Shown here: piece by piece, positions 1-9,522 of the stretch
Layout of the letters: each line of letters starts with the position of its first letter
Position numbering within the stretch: position 1 is the stretch's first letter
From: Thermoplasmatota archaeon
GTDB taxonomy: Archaea > Thermoplasmatota > Penumbrarchaeia > Penumbrarchaeales > Penumbrarchaeaceae
Reading direction: 5' to 3'
NCBI GenBank assembly: GCA_049472215.1
Contig: JBLIRH010000002.1
Span: 23,815-87,814 of the forward strand
DNA: 64,000 bases
Notes under the pieces: model-generated
Told to the model about the DNA's origin: nothing
Databases searched by the model: none
What the model saw: only the letters and a program-made list of their open reading frames with translations
Made by a program: the position numbers and the translations under genes

Positions 1-1011
1 TGATAGGTCCCAGATCACATTTGTGGTATTTCCCGTTAGATTTATCCATTCTCCCTTGGGGTCCAAGAGCGGTTCCCAGGGACCCCATTCACCATTGTTT
101 CGAGACCTTATCCAATGGTATATCCCGCCGCCCCCCGATAGCCCTTCTTTTGTGATATTCCCCCTGAACTTGTAAAGAAAATAGATCTGAGGCCGACTCT
201 TTGCCAGGAAGCTGTCCCAGGAATCAGGATTGAACCTTGTCAGGTCAAGGGGGGGCGATACCAGAGAATAGATTCCGGTCCTGGGAGACATGCCTGAAGA
301 ATCATTTCCCACCCAGAAGGCAGTGTTCGGTGTATGAAGGGTCTCGTATCCACTGGCCAAGGGGTGATCGCTCACGTGCCATTCCATCCCCTCCTCACCA
401 TCATCCGACTCAGAGGTCCAACCGTCCATGGAGGAACCGTTCCAGAAATCGGTCCCAACCCATAGCCCGTCCGTTATCGACTTCTGGTCCAATGCATACT
501 GAAGACCGGCGATCAGCGTCCTGTTGGTATATGGCCGCGGGTCCCCCGGCAGTTTTATCGTGATGTTCATGACATAGGCGCCGGCGAATTTCGGCACCCA
601 TCTGAATACGATCAGCTCGGAAAGGGCCCCATCGCCCTTTGGAATGTAAACAGTTGTCTGGTCCTTGTACATTATCCTACCTTTATCGAACGAGAATCCC
701 TTGTGGGCATCATACCAGTATAATGTCAGGTTCACCTGTATTCCGGAGAAGGGAGCATCGGCCGTGTTCTTCAATCTCAACTCGATGGATGTGGTCCTGT
801 TCACGATCCCGAGGCTATAGGGCCCCCATTGCGAGATACCTCCGGAGATGATCCTGAGATGCTCTTTGGGGATGGTCACAAGGCTCCTTGATGGTGGTGC
901 ATCCTGAATCGATGTATCCTCTTCAGTTCCACCCGCAGTTCCCATCACCGGCAGACCGACGAGAAGGACCATGACCATGATGGTCGCGATGTTCGTAGCT
1001 CGCCATCCCAT
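1..1011 (-). CDS. Secreted/surface protein, 3' end truncated by window edge (N-term MGWRATNIATIMVMVLLVGLPVMGTAGG...)
   Basis: Manual translation of the minus strand gives one uninterrupted frame from ATG at 1011 to the window edge, with a signal-peptide-like N-terminus and N-glycosylation-type NxS/T sites. Missing from the ORF track because it is open at the edge. Confidence 0.85.
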   Translation of the reverse strand, partial: MGWRATNIATIMVMVLLVGLPVMGTAGGTEEDTSIQDAPPSRSLVTIPKEHLRIISGGISQWGPYSLGIVNRTTSIELRLKNTADAPFSGIQVNLTLYWYDAHKGFSFDKGRIMYKDQTTVYIPKGDGALSELIVFRWVPKFAGAYVMNITIKLPGDPRPYTNRTLIAGLQYALDQKSITDGLWVGTDFWNGSSMDGWTSESDDGEEGMEWHVSDHPLASGYETLHTPNTAFWVGNDSSGMSPRTGIYSLVSPPLDLTRFNPDSWDSFLAKSRPQIYFLYKFRGNITKEGLSGGGGIYHWIRSRNNGEWGPWEPLLDPKGEWINLTGNTTNVIWDLS

Positions 1012-1068
1012 GGTTTTGGAAAAAGGTCTGAGTTCAAAAAGATATCGGATATATGAGCCTCCTTTCCC

Positions 1069-1707
1069 CTATCGAGAGTACCTATCCAGAAGGAAATGGA
1101 TGATGGAGATGACCATATGAGAATGGAGGACCTTTTCACCGACCCGGAAACTCGAATAGGCCTTTTCCGTGACCACAGTTGATTCATCCATTGTAAGGTC
1201 CTGGTCGTCGGAAAGAACGAACATCAAGGGCGATCCCTGGAATTGAGCGATTACCGATCCGTCCATTTCCGACCCCATCTCATCCATCATGTAAACTTTT
1301 CCGGGGAACCTCCCAAGAACCATGTCGAGGTCAGCCCTGGCGATCGTGATCCCGGGTGAAGGTCGAACCACCGACCCCTTGATATCCGCCAGCTCGTGGG
1401 AAAGGCATTTTCTCATGAGAGCGGCGCATGCTCTCTCGTCAGGGTTCAGATATTTGACACTCTCCCCGTTGATAGATAGTAGCTTCGGAGGGTCTTCTGG
1501 TCCAAGGAGCAGAATGTGGACCGATGTATCTCGACGCATATCATGGGAGAGGAAAAGAGCTGATGTGATGGCCCTTGCCACCCCGTCCCATCTCCCCGAG
1601 GCGCCACAAAGGTCATTGATGTTTATCGAACCATCGGACCTGGCCCTGTGAGCGATGATCAAGAAGTTCCTGTCGGATGATCCTAGGACCTCTTCAAGTG
1701 ATTGCAT
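1069..1707 (-). CDS. trmY: tRNA (pseudouridine(54)-N(1))-methyltransferase TrmY
   Basis: Protein from MQSLEEVL... has TrmY family features (DLxGxxGRxDxxxRxxxxAxFLSHDxRRDxxxxxxLxGxxxPP; C-terminal H...I..IHFLLD). The ORF extension to 1881 is compositionally spurious and overlaps the upstream gene. Confidence 0.8.
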   Translation of the reverse strand: MQSLEEVLGSSDRNFLIIAHRARSDGSININDLCGASGRWDGVARAITSALFLSHDMRRDTSVHILLLGPEDPPKLLSINGESVKYLNPDERACAALMRKCLSHELADIKGSVVRPSPGITIARADLDMVLGRFPGKVYMMDEMGSEMDGSVIAQFQGSPLMFVLSDDQDLTMDESTVVTEKAYSSFRVGEKVLHSHMVISIIHFLLDRYSR

Positions 1708-1726
1708 ATCGACTCCCGGCTGAAGG

Positions 1727-1999
1727 TCATTTCTTGTTCTTCTTTTCCTTCTTTTCCTTATCTTCCTTCTTCTCTTTCTCATCCTTCTCGAAGTGCAACC
1801 GGGCTTTCTCCTTTCTCCTGATCGCGATCTGAGCGGTCCTGATCCTTTCCTGATATTTATGGCGGGCCTTGGACCAACCATCCTTGTCTATTCGGCCCTT
1901 TTTATGATATTCCCTGGCTTCCTGGAGCTTTGCTTCGAACTTCTCGATATCCTGCCTTAACTTCTCGATATCCTTTGTCAACTTCTCGATCTTCCCCAT
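1727..1999 (-). CDS. Small charged coiled-coil protein with K/E-rich C-terminus
   Basis: 90-aa ORF with heptad-like N-terminus (MGKIEKLTKDIEKLRQDIEKFEAKLQEAREYHKKG) and a KEKKEDKEKKEKKNKK tail; in line with flanking minus-strand genes. Confidence 0.7.
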   Translation of the reverse strand: MGKIEKLTKDIEKLRQDIEKFEAKLQEAREYHKKGRIDKDGWSKARHKYQERIRTAQIAIRRKEKARLHFEKDEKEKKEDKEKKEKKNKK

Positions 2000-2010
2000 G
2001 ACAATGCACC

Positions 2011-3690
2011 TCAGAGATTCTCATTCACGATCCTTCTGATCGAGGAGATAAGCTCCTCTTTCCTGGCTATCATTGACACGATCTTGGCATCCATGTCCGC
2101 TACGTAGTCCTCGTCCTTGATTGACCCGAGGTTTATCTTGATGTTCATTATCGCTCCGTCCAGGCCGGCTGAGGCCATATCAGCTCCGACCCCGACATCG
2201 GAAATGGAGTTTTTATTGCCTTTTTTAGCTATAGGCACACCAGCATCTAGTATCTTTAAACATACCTCTGCTGTTTCCAGAGGGGTGGCGATCGCCTTCT
2301 TGTACCCTGCCTGTATCGCTTTCGATCTTTCAGCCTTCTCCTCTTCTGTATCCTTGGGTAACTTGAAGGCCGCCATCACATCATTAAAGGCGTTTGCATC
2401 CTCATCCACGAGTTCCAGGAGACGGGCCCTCAGAAAAGATACTTCTTTTGCTTTCCCCTTCATCTCGTCCCACACTTCCTCGTATTTCTTCTTTCCAACG
2501 GTCAGATTGCATACCATTTCGAGAAGAGATGCGCCAAGGGAACCGGAAAGAGCGGCAACACTGCCCCCTCCTGGTGCTGGTGAATCCGAGGATAGCTCGG
2601 CGAGGAAATCCTTCATTCTCATCGATGCCAGGGGGCCAACCTCTTTGACCATGTAGTCGATCACTTTTTCATCAGGTTTGAACTCGTAGAGCTGGTTCAG
2701 TCCAAGTTCGGAGACCGCAAGGTCCAAAAGGTCCTCCTCGTTGGAAAGATCCCTGGCGAGTTTTCTTGCATAATGCATGCCAGCCTTTACCAAAGCAGCC
2801 TTGGGGACAAGTCCGACGATCTCCGAACCATTAACGTCGGCGCCTAGCTCCCTTGATATTTCTTTGCATGCGTCGAACACATGATGGAGGTTCACTTCCT
2901 CGAAATCGAGGAGGTTCATGGATACCTGGGCGATATCCTCGTTGTACATCATGCCGCCCGCCTGGACCCCCTTGAATCTTCCTGGTATCCTTTCGGGTTT
3001 TCCATCGGGTCCGATGATCTTCTCCCCGCTCTCATCTTTTTTTAGAACACCGCTTTCCCTGATCTTCCCCGATATGGCGGATGCTATTGACTTGTCCGCG
3101 GTGTTCAGATTTGCGTTGTAGGCAATGAGGATCTGTCTTGCCCCAGTAACGGATGCCCCGCTTTTAGGGACGAATACTGGATCTCCGAAATCTGGTTTGA
3201 ATTCCGGGTCCTTGAACTTCTCCTCAAGGGCCTCATATTCCCCTTTTCTTATCGAAGGGAGGCTGACCCTATCCTGCCTTCTCGCTGAATTTGCATAAAG
3301 GAATACCGGGATGCCAAGCTCATCCCACATCCTTGCCCCGAACCTTTTTGCGAGTTCGGTGCAGTCGTCCATTGTCACACCTTTGATCGGAATGAACGGG
3401 CACACGTCCAGTGCTCCCATCCTTGCATGTTCTCCCTTGTGCTTGGTCATGTCAATAAGGCGGGTCCCGATCCTTGCTGCCTGAAATGCCGCTTCCACCA
3501 CTTCGTCTGGTTCACCGACAAATGTGAAGACCGTCCGGTTGAAATCGGCTCCCGGATCCACATTGAGAAGTTTCACGCCCTTCACACTTCTGACAGCTGA
3601 GGCTATTGCCTCGATAACGGCAATATCCCTACCTTCACTGAAATTGGGAACACACTCGACTATCTTGTCCATCATACCACCATGGAGCAA
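2011..3690 (-). CDS. ftcD: Glutamate formimidoyltransferase / formimidoyltetrahydrofolate cyclodeaminase, bifunctional
   Basis: N-term ECVPNFSEGRD...LLNVDPGADFNRTVFTFVG...HARMGALDVCPFIP and C-term SPAPGGGSVAALSGSLGASLLEMVCNLT...D..AFN.VM.A..LP are the two FTCD domains in one chain. Start probably at MMDKIVECVPNFSEG. Confidence 0.93.
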   Translation of the reverse strand: MLHGGMMDKIVECVPNFSEGRDIAVIEAIASAVRSVKGVKLLNVDPGADFNRTVFTFVGEPDEVVEAAFQAARIGTRLIDMTKHKGEHARMGALDVCPFIPIKGVTMDDCTELAKRFGARMWDELGIPVFLYANSARRQDRVSLPSIRKGEYEALEEKFKDPEFKPDFGDPVFVPKSGASVTGARQILIAYNANLNTADKSIASAISGKIRESGVLKKDESGEKIIGPDGKPERIPGRFKGVQAGGMMYNEDIAQVSMNLLDFEEVNLHHVFDACKEISRELGADVNGSEIVGLVPKAALVKAGMHYARKLARDLSNEEDLLDLAVSELGLNQLYEFKPDEKVIDYMVKEVGPLASMRMKDFLAELSSDSPAPGGGSVAALSGSLGASLLEMVCNLTVGKKKYEEVWDEMKGKAKEVSFLRARLLELVDEDANAFNDVMAAFKLPKDTEEEKAERSKAIQAGYKKAIATPLETAEVCLKILDAGVPIAKKGNKNSISDVGVGADMASAGLDGAIMNIKINLGSIKDEDYVADMDAKIVSMIARKEELISSIRRIVNENL

Positions 3691-3816
3691 AACGATTACC
3701 CTCGGAATGCCTGAATGGGCCTAATGGGAATATGGTAAATAAATCCTTCACACTGAGGAGGAGGAGTTTCATCAACGTTGGATAAAGTAATTTAATCAGA
3801 AGACAAAATCACCTTC

Positions 3817-6258
3817 ATGTTTGCCGAGAGGGTAATCACGCCCCTGTCGATACGGAGGACTGTTATCACAGCGACCGTTTCGATGTTCCTCATACTGACA
3901 GGATCTGTTCTGCTATTCCCTATCGGGACCAATGGCGACACCCCTGAAGGGTTCTACTCGATGGAATACATGATGGGATCATATCCCTCAAGGATCGTGA
4001 AGGAAGGAGAGAATTACCGTGTCCTCGCGAATCTGGACATACCGGCCTCGAAACCATTATACATGGGACCGGGGACAAGGGTCCTCTTCGATGAGGGGGT
4101 CTATCTCAATCTGACGGGCGCGCCACTCATCAGCGGAGATCTGGAGCAGAAGGTCTATTTAGGTCCATATATCAAGGGTGAACCATGGGGCGGTATCAAC
4201 CTGATGGAGGGAGATCCAACCGCATCCTCGATTATTATGAACGCTACCGTGGAGGAGGCGGAGATAGGGATCAGGTCGCACTCATCTGATGTTGTGATAT
4301 CCGATACCGAGATATTAAACTGCTCGAGGAACGGATTGGACGTTAAAGGCCCCTTGGGGACCGGTAAATATCTATTCGCTGAGAGGGTCCGAATATCCAA
4401 TTCCACTTACTACGGAATTCATCTATTGAAGGTAGATGACTCCCGCCTAAATGATATCACGATCGAAGAGTGCGGGACCGGGATCCGGTCCTATCGGTCG
4501 GAGGGCCAGATGGTCGGATTGAATATACTGGAATCCAGCAATATCGGTTTCAACGCGGTGGATTCCGACCTCGTCATCATTGATCTCATCCTTTCCTCCG
4601 AAGAATCTGCCACCTCCCACCAGCTGCTTTCATTGAACTCCACCATCTCCCTGTCCAACGGAAGGGTCGAAGGTGCGAACGTTGGGATCTCGGCTTTGAC
4701 CCGGACCGTCTTGGATATGGACGGCATACGGATCAACAACATCTTCACCGACGGGATCCAGACATCCAGTGCGGAGATCACCATCCTGAACTCTGATATA
4801 ATGGCCTCCGGTGAAAGCGGACTGCACATGGTGGACACCACGTTCTGGGTAGGAGGCACCATATTCAACAACAACGGTGCAGGGACCGGCGAACTCGTTT
4901 TCTCCTCGATCTATTCCGATGGGTCCTCTGGCAAGTTCGAGGGATGTACCTTTACAGGTTCAGGTTACGCCCATATCCACTCGGTCTCATCCGATATCGT
5001 GGTCGGGAATGCTACCCTAGGCTCGGTATTGAACCCGAAACTGGTCCTGGACGAAGGATCGAAAATTGTGATGGTCGACACCGTCCCTCCTTCCGATATC
5101 GAGATACTCGATGACATCTCCCAGCTGATCTACCTGATAACCCTCGATGTGACCGTTCTGGAACACGTTGATAGGTACCCGGTAGCAGGGGTGCAGATCG
5201 ACCTCAGGGACGTGGATGGGCGGTGGATCGCCTCATCATATACTGGCCCCGATGGTGTCTCAGAGGACATTCCCATGACGGTTTATGAAAGGGACTCGAC
5301 AGGCATCTACTCCTATCTCCCCATCAATCTGATCGCACAGAAGGATGGTTTCGAAGTGACCTCATATGATGTGGAAGAACCCCTTCATGAGGTGGAGCTT
5401 CTCCTGTTCCCACCAAACGATGTGCCCTCGATCTTCCTAACAGGGCCAATTAATGGTACGAAGGTAACGGGATCTGTTGAGATAGAAGGCGACCTGACCG
5501 ATGACCTTGGTATCTTCAAGATCAAGGTAAGGTTCGACGAGGGTTATTACAGGACCTTTGAGGAGTTCGACTCCATTTCGGATGGTCATTTCAAGCTGAC
5601 CGTCCCGATAGGGAACCTTTCAGGCGGCCTTCATTCAATATCCGTACATGCGTTCGATGGAACCCATATCTCGCTTCCCGTGATCAGGACCATAATGGTC
5701 CTGGACCCCAGGATGAACGATACCGACGAAGATGGAATTCCTGATAGCGAGGAGGATGCAAACGGCAATGGGATCGTTGACCCGGGTGAAACGGACCCTC
5801 AGAACCCTGATACGGACGGCGACGGACTGCTGGACGGTATCGAAATAGATACCAGCGACGGCAATTCCACTGATCCTCTTGATCCCGATTCCGATGATGA
5901 TTTCCTCAAGGACGGCTTCGAGGACCAGAATGCCAACGGGAGGGTCGACCCGACCGAGACAGATCCGAATTCATGGGATACGGATGGCGACGGTGTCAAC
6001 GATCGGGATGATCGCTATCCGATCGATCCCTTTAGATCGAGTGACGAAGAACCCTCACCCAGTTCCATATGGGTGATAATCCTCGCAACAGTATTCATAA
6101 TGGCTCTCATCATCGCGGTATATCTCTTCTACATGCAGGTAAGGGGGGCAAGGGTGAAGGTTGTTGAGGACGAAGAGGAGATCAGAAGAGCTCGTCCACC
6201 CCAAAAAAGGCCAAGGGACATGCGTGAAACCCGCAGACCACCCCAACGGAGACGTTGA
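3817..6258 (+). CDS. Secreted parallel-beta-helix protein with DxDxDG calcium-binding repeats and C-terminal TM anchor
   Basis: Signal peptide; repeated right-handed beta-helix pattern; NDTDEDGIPDSEEDANGNGIVDPGETDPQNPDTDGDGLLDG; TM IWVIILATVFIMALIIAVYLFYM followed by a basic tail. Confidence 0.85.
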   Translation: MFAERVITPLSIRRTVITATVSMFLILTGSVLLFPIGTNGDTPEGFYSMEYMMGSYPSRIVKEGENYRVLANLDIPASKPLYMGPGTRVLFDEGVYLNLTGAPLISGDLEQKVYLGPYIKGEPWGGINLMEGDPTASSIIMNATVEEAEIGIRSHSSDVVISDTEILNCSRNGLDVKGPLGTGKYLFAERVRISNSTYYGIHLLKVDDSRLNDITIEECGTGIRSYRSEGQMVGLNILESSNIGFNAVDSDLVIIDLILSSEESATSHQLLSLNSTISLSNGRVEGANVGISALTRTVLDMDGIRINNIFTDGIQTSSAEITILNSDIMASGESGLHMVDTTFWVGGTIFNNNGAGTGELVFSSIYSDGSSGKFEGCTFTGSGYAHIHSVSSDIVVGNATLGSVLNPKLVLDEGSKIVMVDTVPPSDIEILDDISQLIYLITLDVTVLEHVDRYPVAGVQIDLRDVDGRWIASSYTGPDGVSEDIPMTVYERDSTGIYSYLPINLIAQKDGFEVTSYDVEEPLHEVELLLFPPNDVPSIFLTGPINGTKVTGSVEIEGDLTDDLGIFKIKVRFDEGYYRTFEEFDSISDGHFKLTVPIGNLSGGLHSISVHAFDGTHISLPVIRTIMVLDPRMNDTDEDGIPDSEEDANGNGIVDPGETDPQNPDTDGDGLLDGIEIDTSDGNSTDPLDPDSDDDFLKDGFEDQNANGRVDPTETDPNSWDTDGDGVNDRDDRYPIDPFRSSDEEPSPSSIWVIILATVFIMALIIAVYLFYMQVRGARVKVVEDEEEIRRARPPQKRPRDMRETRRPPQRRR

Positions 6259-6262
6259 GATC

Positions 6263-6904
6263 TTGTCAAGGAATCGTCAAAGGTCCAAGCTGATCGCTCT
6301 GGGAGAAAGCAAGGTCCTTTTACTTGGTACTCTCAAAGGGCTCCTATCAGAAAAAGAGGTCGTGCGTTCTATTTTCATGGATTTCGATCCGGATGTCATC
6401 TGCCTCCATATCAGCAAGGAAGAGTTGAAGGGATTGAAAGCTGTTGTGAACGGCAAGGTAGAGAATACTTACCTTTCCACTACCGAGAAGATCTATGCAA
6501 GGGAAATGTCCAGATTCGGTGAGGTTCAGATACCCCCACCTTCACTGGTGGAGGCCTATAACATCTCCCGGGATGAAGGGCTCCCTGTCAGGTCCCTGGA
6601 TTTCGATGATACTTCCTACTCGGAGGTCTATACCAGAACGGTCAGCGGAATGACCCTGATCAGGCAGTCCCTGAGGATCAAGAAAATAAATAAAAGGAAA
6701 TTCAGTTCCGACAACCCCGAGGAGTTCGTCCTCGAATGGGACCGGACCATCAACAGGTTCAGGGGTTTTCGGAATCTCGAGATCGAAAGGGAGAAGAGAA
6801 TGGCCCGGAGGATAAGGGATATCTCTCGGAAGTTCTCCAGGGTTCTTGCGATCGTTGAATATGAGAGGATGAAGGGTATTTTCGAGAACCTCGACAAGGA
6901 CTGA
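6263..6904 (+). CDS. Divergent TraB-like protein
   Basis: ORF 6161..6904; likely TTG start at 6263 just after the upstream stop. Matches the TraB pattern only loosely: VLLLGTLKGLLSEKEVV...DPDVICLHIS and C-term EREKRMARRIRDISRKFSRVLAIVEYERMKGIFENL. Confidence 0.5.
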   Translation: MSRNRQRSKLIALGESKVLLLGTLKGLLSEKEVVRSIFMDFDPDVICLHISKEELKGLKAVVNGKVENTYLSTTEKIYAREMSRFGEVQIPPPSLVEAYNISRDEGLPVRSLDFDDTSYSEVYTRTVSGMTLIRQSLRIKKINKRKFSSDNPEEFVLEWDRTINRFRGFRNLEIEREKRMARRIRDISRKFSRVLAIVEYERMKGIFENLDKD

Positions 6905-7003
6905 ACTGGTATTCCTCTCAAAGGTTGATAAGATGGGGAACAAGGTAAAGTACATCCTAGACCTTTTTACAGAAAGTCAACTGCAGGATCAGGCGGTCGG
7001 TAG

Positions 7004-9403
7004 ATGAGTCCAGACGAGGATCTAAATCAATTCTTCTTCCAGAGTCCATGGAAGAATATCTTCCTTTGGCACTTCATGGAAGTTGAGAAAGAAGCGGTGA
7101 TCGCAACACCAACCATGGACATGGACATTCTGAGGAAGGTTCAGTCCATCCTCATCGCAAGATCGCAAAGGAAGCTTCATATCAGACTGATCCTGCGCTT
7201 CTCGGAATCCGACTTCATGATCAAGGGCATCGATCCAGAGGTCCTAAGAATACTGGCGCTGCTGCTCAACGAGCCAAGGTCCAAGATAGAGATCAGGTTC
7301 CTCAGGAACCTTTCCCTGACATCAATGGTACTGGACGGTAAAAAGGCCATAATCGCGACTGGGGACCTTTCATCGGACCAGCTCCTGAAGGACTTGGTCT
7401 ACGGGCAGCTCATAATAGGTAAGGACATGGTCGATACGATCCAAGAGGACCTCAATGAACTCTGGACTTCCTCCACCCCCGCAAGCTCAAAGGATATCAC
7501 CGATTACATGGTCCGGATCAAGGAAAGGGAGGAGGCGAGAAGGGCATGCGAGGCCTCCGATGGATCGATTGTGGATCCTGAGCTCAATGAAATGATATCT
7601 ATCGGAGATACCATCGAGCCACTGGGGAAGGACAGACCTGAACCCCACCTCGACGAGATCAAGAAGATCATCAAGGAACTTCTTGTTAGGGCCAGGGACT
7701 CTGTCGAGGATGACAACACCGAAACCGCACTTTTCTACATCGAGGAGGGTCTTACCCTCGATGGTGATAATCCAGACCTTCTTCTTGAGAAAGGAAAGGT
7801 ACTTTTTGGGGATGGAAACTACGAGAAGGCCTTGACCTGTTTCGACAGGATCCTTGATCAGAACGAAGATAACCGCGATGCCTGGGCTTATCGTGGTATG
7901 TGCCACCACGAACTGAACGATCTTGAAGAAGCACTCTGCTCATACGACCAGGCCACCGATATCGATCCTCAATACTATCCCGTTTGGATCAAGAAGGGAA
8001 TAATAATGGGTAAAACCAAGGGGAGGGAGGAGGATGGCTTGAAGTGTCTTGAATATGCCCTTTCGCAGGACCCTTACAACGAAGAGGCATGGTTCAACAA
8101 GGCACAGATCCTGGAACAGAGACTTGGCCGGATGGATGAATCCATCCTATCCTACCGGTCCCTGCTGAGGATCAACCCTAACCATGTTGTTGGTTCCTTC
8201 AGGATGGGATTGATATCATACAAAAAAATGAACGACATCGCCAAGGCAAAGAAATATTTCAACAAGGTGGTCGAGGCCGATCCTTCCCATGTCCATGGGT
8301 GGATGTTCAAGAGCGAGATAGCAGAGAAGGTTGATAAGGATTTCAACTCATCTCTTGAATTCCTTGATAATGCCCTTGAATCGAATCCCGACTCGCCTGA
8401 GGTCCTTCATAGGACGATAGATCTCCTGCTGCGGCACCGCAAGAAATTCAAGCGAGCGGTCGAACTTGCGGACCGGCTTCTGGAGACTAAGGGTAACGAT
8501 CCTGTCGCATTGTACGTTCGCGGTCTGGGGGCTCTGAAGATCGATAACGATCCCGACAGAGCTCTGGAGCTGATGAACGAATCCATCAAAGCGGACCCGA
8601 AGAACAAGAAGACGATAATCTCCAAGGCCAGCATACTGGCGGAGCACCTTGACCGGGCGGGCGATGCTGTTTCATTGTTGAAGGCGGCCCTTAAAAGGAA
8701 CGAGAAGGACCCAGAACTCTGGATGGAACTCGGAATGGTCTATTTCGACTCCCTATATGATCCGAAGGAAGCCCTGGACTGTTTCGACATGGTCACAAAG
8801 CTCGATAACAGGTCCTCGGATGGATGGTACAATAAGGGCATGGTCCTTTCCAGGGGTTTTGAGAAGCATCAGGAAGGCTTGAAATGCCTTGATCAGGCCA
8901 CAAACCTCGATGATTCGAACTATCTCGCCTGGCACGAGAAGGGAAGGATACTCGTCGAGATCTACAAGCTCACTGATGATGGTCTCAAATGCTTCAGAAA
9001 AGCTCTTACCATAGAACCGGAGGACGTCGAGATACTTGCATCCATGGCGAATGCCGTCAAAGGAAAAGGAGACCTCCCGGGTGCGCTTGAGTATTACAAC
9101 AAAGCTGTTACGATCGATCCAACCAATATCAATGTCCATCTCGACCTTTGTGAAACCTATTCCTCGATGAAGGATCTCGAAAATGCCCACCGGTCACTTA
9201 CCTCGGCACTTCAGGTCGATCCCAAGAACGAGAAAGTATGGATGATGAAGGCGGAGATCTTCCGGCAGCAGAACGAACCCCAAAAAGCGCTGGAATGCTA
9301 CAAGAGAGTTCTAAGGTTCAATCCCGACCACCAGGATGCTCTCAACAAGAAGACCTCCGTTGAGGCGCAGCTCGAAAGGAATGGTACTGCCCTGTCCTAT
9401 TGA
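7004..9403 (+). CDS. TPR-repeat protein with N-terminal PLD-like domain lacking obvious HKD motif
   Basis: Many ~34-aa TPR units (e.g. NPDLLLEKGKVLFGDGNYEKALTCFDRILDQNEDNRDAWAYRG). N-term VLDGKKAIIATGDLSSDQLLKDLVYGQLII resembles the PLD-like fold pattern. Confidence 0.8.
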   Translation: MSPDEDLNQFFFQSPWKNIFLWHFMEVEKEAVIATPTMDMDILRKVQSILIARSQRKLHIRLILRFSESDFMIKGIDPEVLRILALLLNEPRSKIEIRFLRNLSLTSMVLDGKKAIIATGDLSSDQLLKDLVYGQLIIGKDMVDTIQEDLNELWTSSTPASSKDITDYMVRIKEREEARRACEASDGSIVDPELNEMISIGDTIEPLGKDRPEPHLDEIKKIIKELLVRARDSVEDDNTETALFYIEEGLTLDGDNPDLLLEKGKVLFGDGNYEKALTCFDRILDQNEDNRDAWAYRGMCHHELNDLEEALCSYDQATDIDPQYYPVWIKKGIIMGKTKGREEDGLKCLEYALSQDPYNEEAWFNKAQILEQRLGRMDESILSYRSLLRINPNHVVGSFRMGLISYKKMNDIAKAKKYFNKVVEADPSHVHGWMFKSEIAEKVDKDFNSSLEFLDNALESNPDSPEVLHRTIDLLLRHRKKFKRAVELADRLLETKGNDPVALYVRGLGALKIDNDPDRALELMNESIKADPKNKKTIISKASILAEHLDRAGDAVSLLKAALKRNEKDPELWMELGMVYFDSLYDPKEALDCFDMVTKLDNRSSDGWYNKGMVLSRGFEKHQEGLKCLDQATNLDDSNYLAWHEKGRILVEIYKLTDDGLKCFRKALTIEPEDVEILASMANAVKGKGDLPGALEYYNKAVTIDPTNINVHLDLCETYSSMKDLENAHRSLTSALQVDPKNEKVWMMKAEIFRQQNEPQKALECYKRVLRFNPDHQDALNKKTSVEAQLERNGTALSY

Positions 9404-9522
9404 AGCACCGAGATCATAGGTTCTGAAAGTTGGGTCCGAGGTCACCCCGATCTATGGATGAAATTATGATCGAAGCAGAACCATTCGATAGATGTTAAAT
9501 AACCATTCGAACATCAACTTTC

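Noticed and set aside
1360-1385. tRNA T-arm-like GGTCGAACCACCGACCCC
   Set aside because: Inside trmY with no accompanying tRNA structure.
1708-1881. N-terminal extension of the TrmY ORF
   Set aside because: Arginine-rich shadow of the K/E-rich coding sequence 1727..1999 in another frame.
5740-6010. Possible tandem DNA repeat from GAC-GGC-GAC-rich sequence
   Set aside because: Explained by the protein-level calcium-binding DxDGDG motifs; not a nucleotide repeat array or CRISPR.
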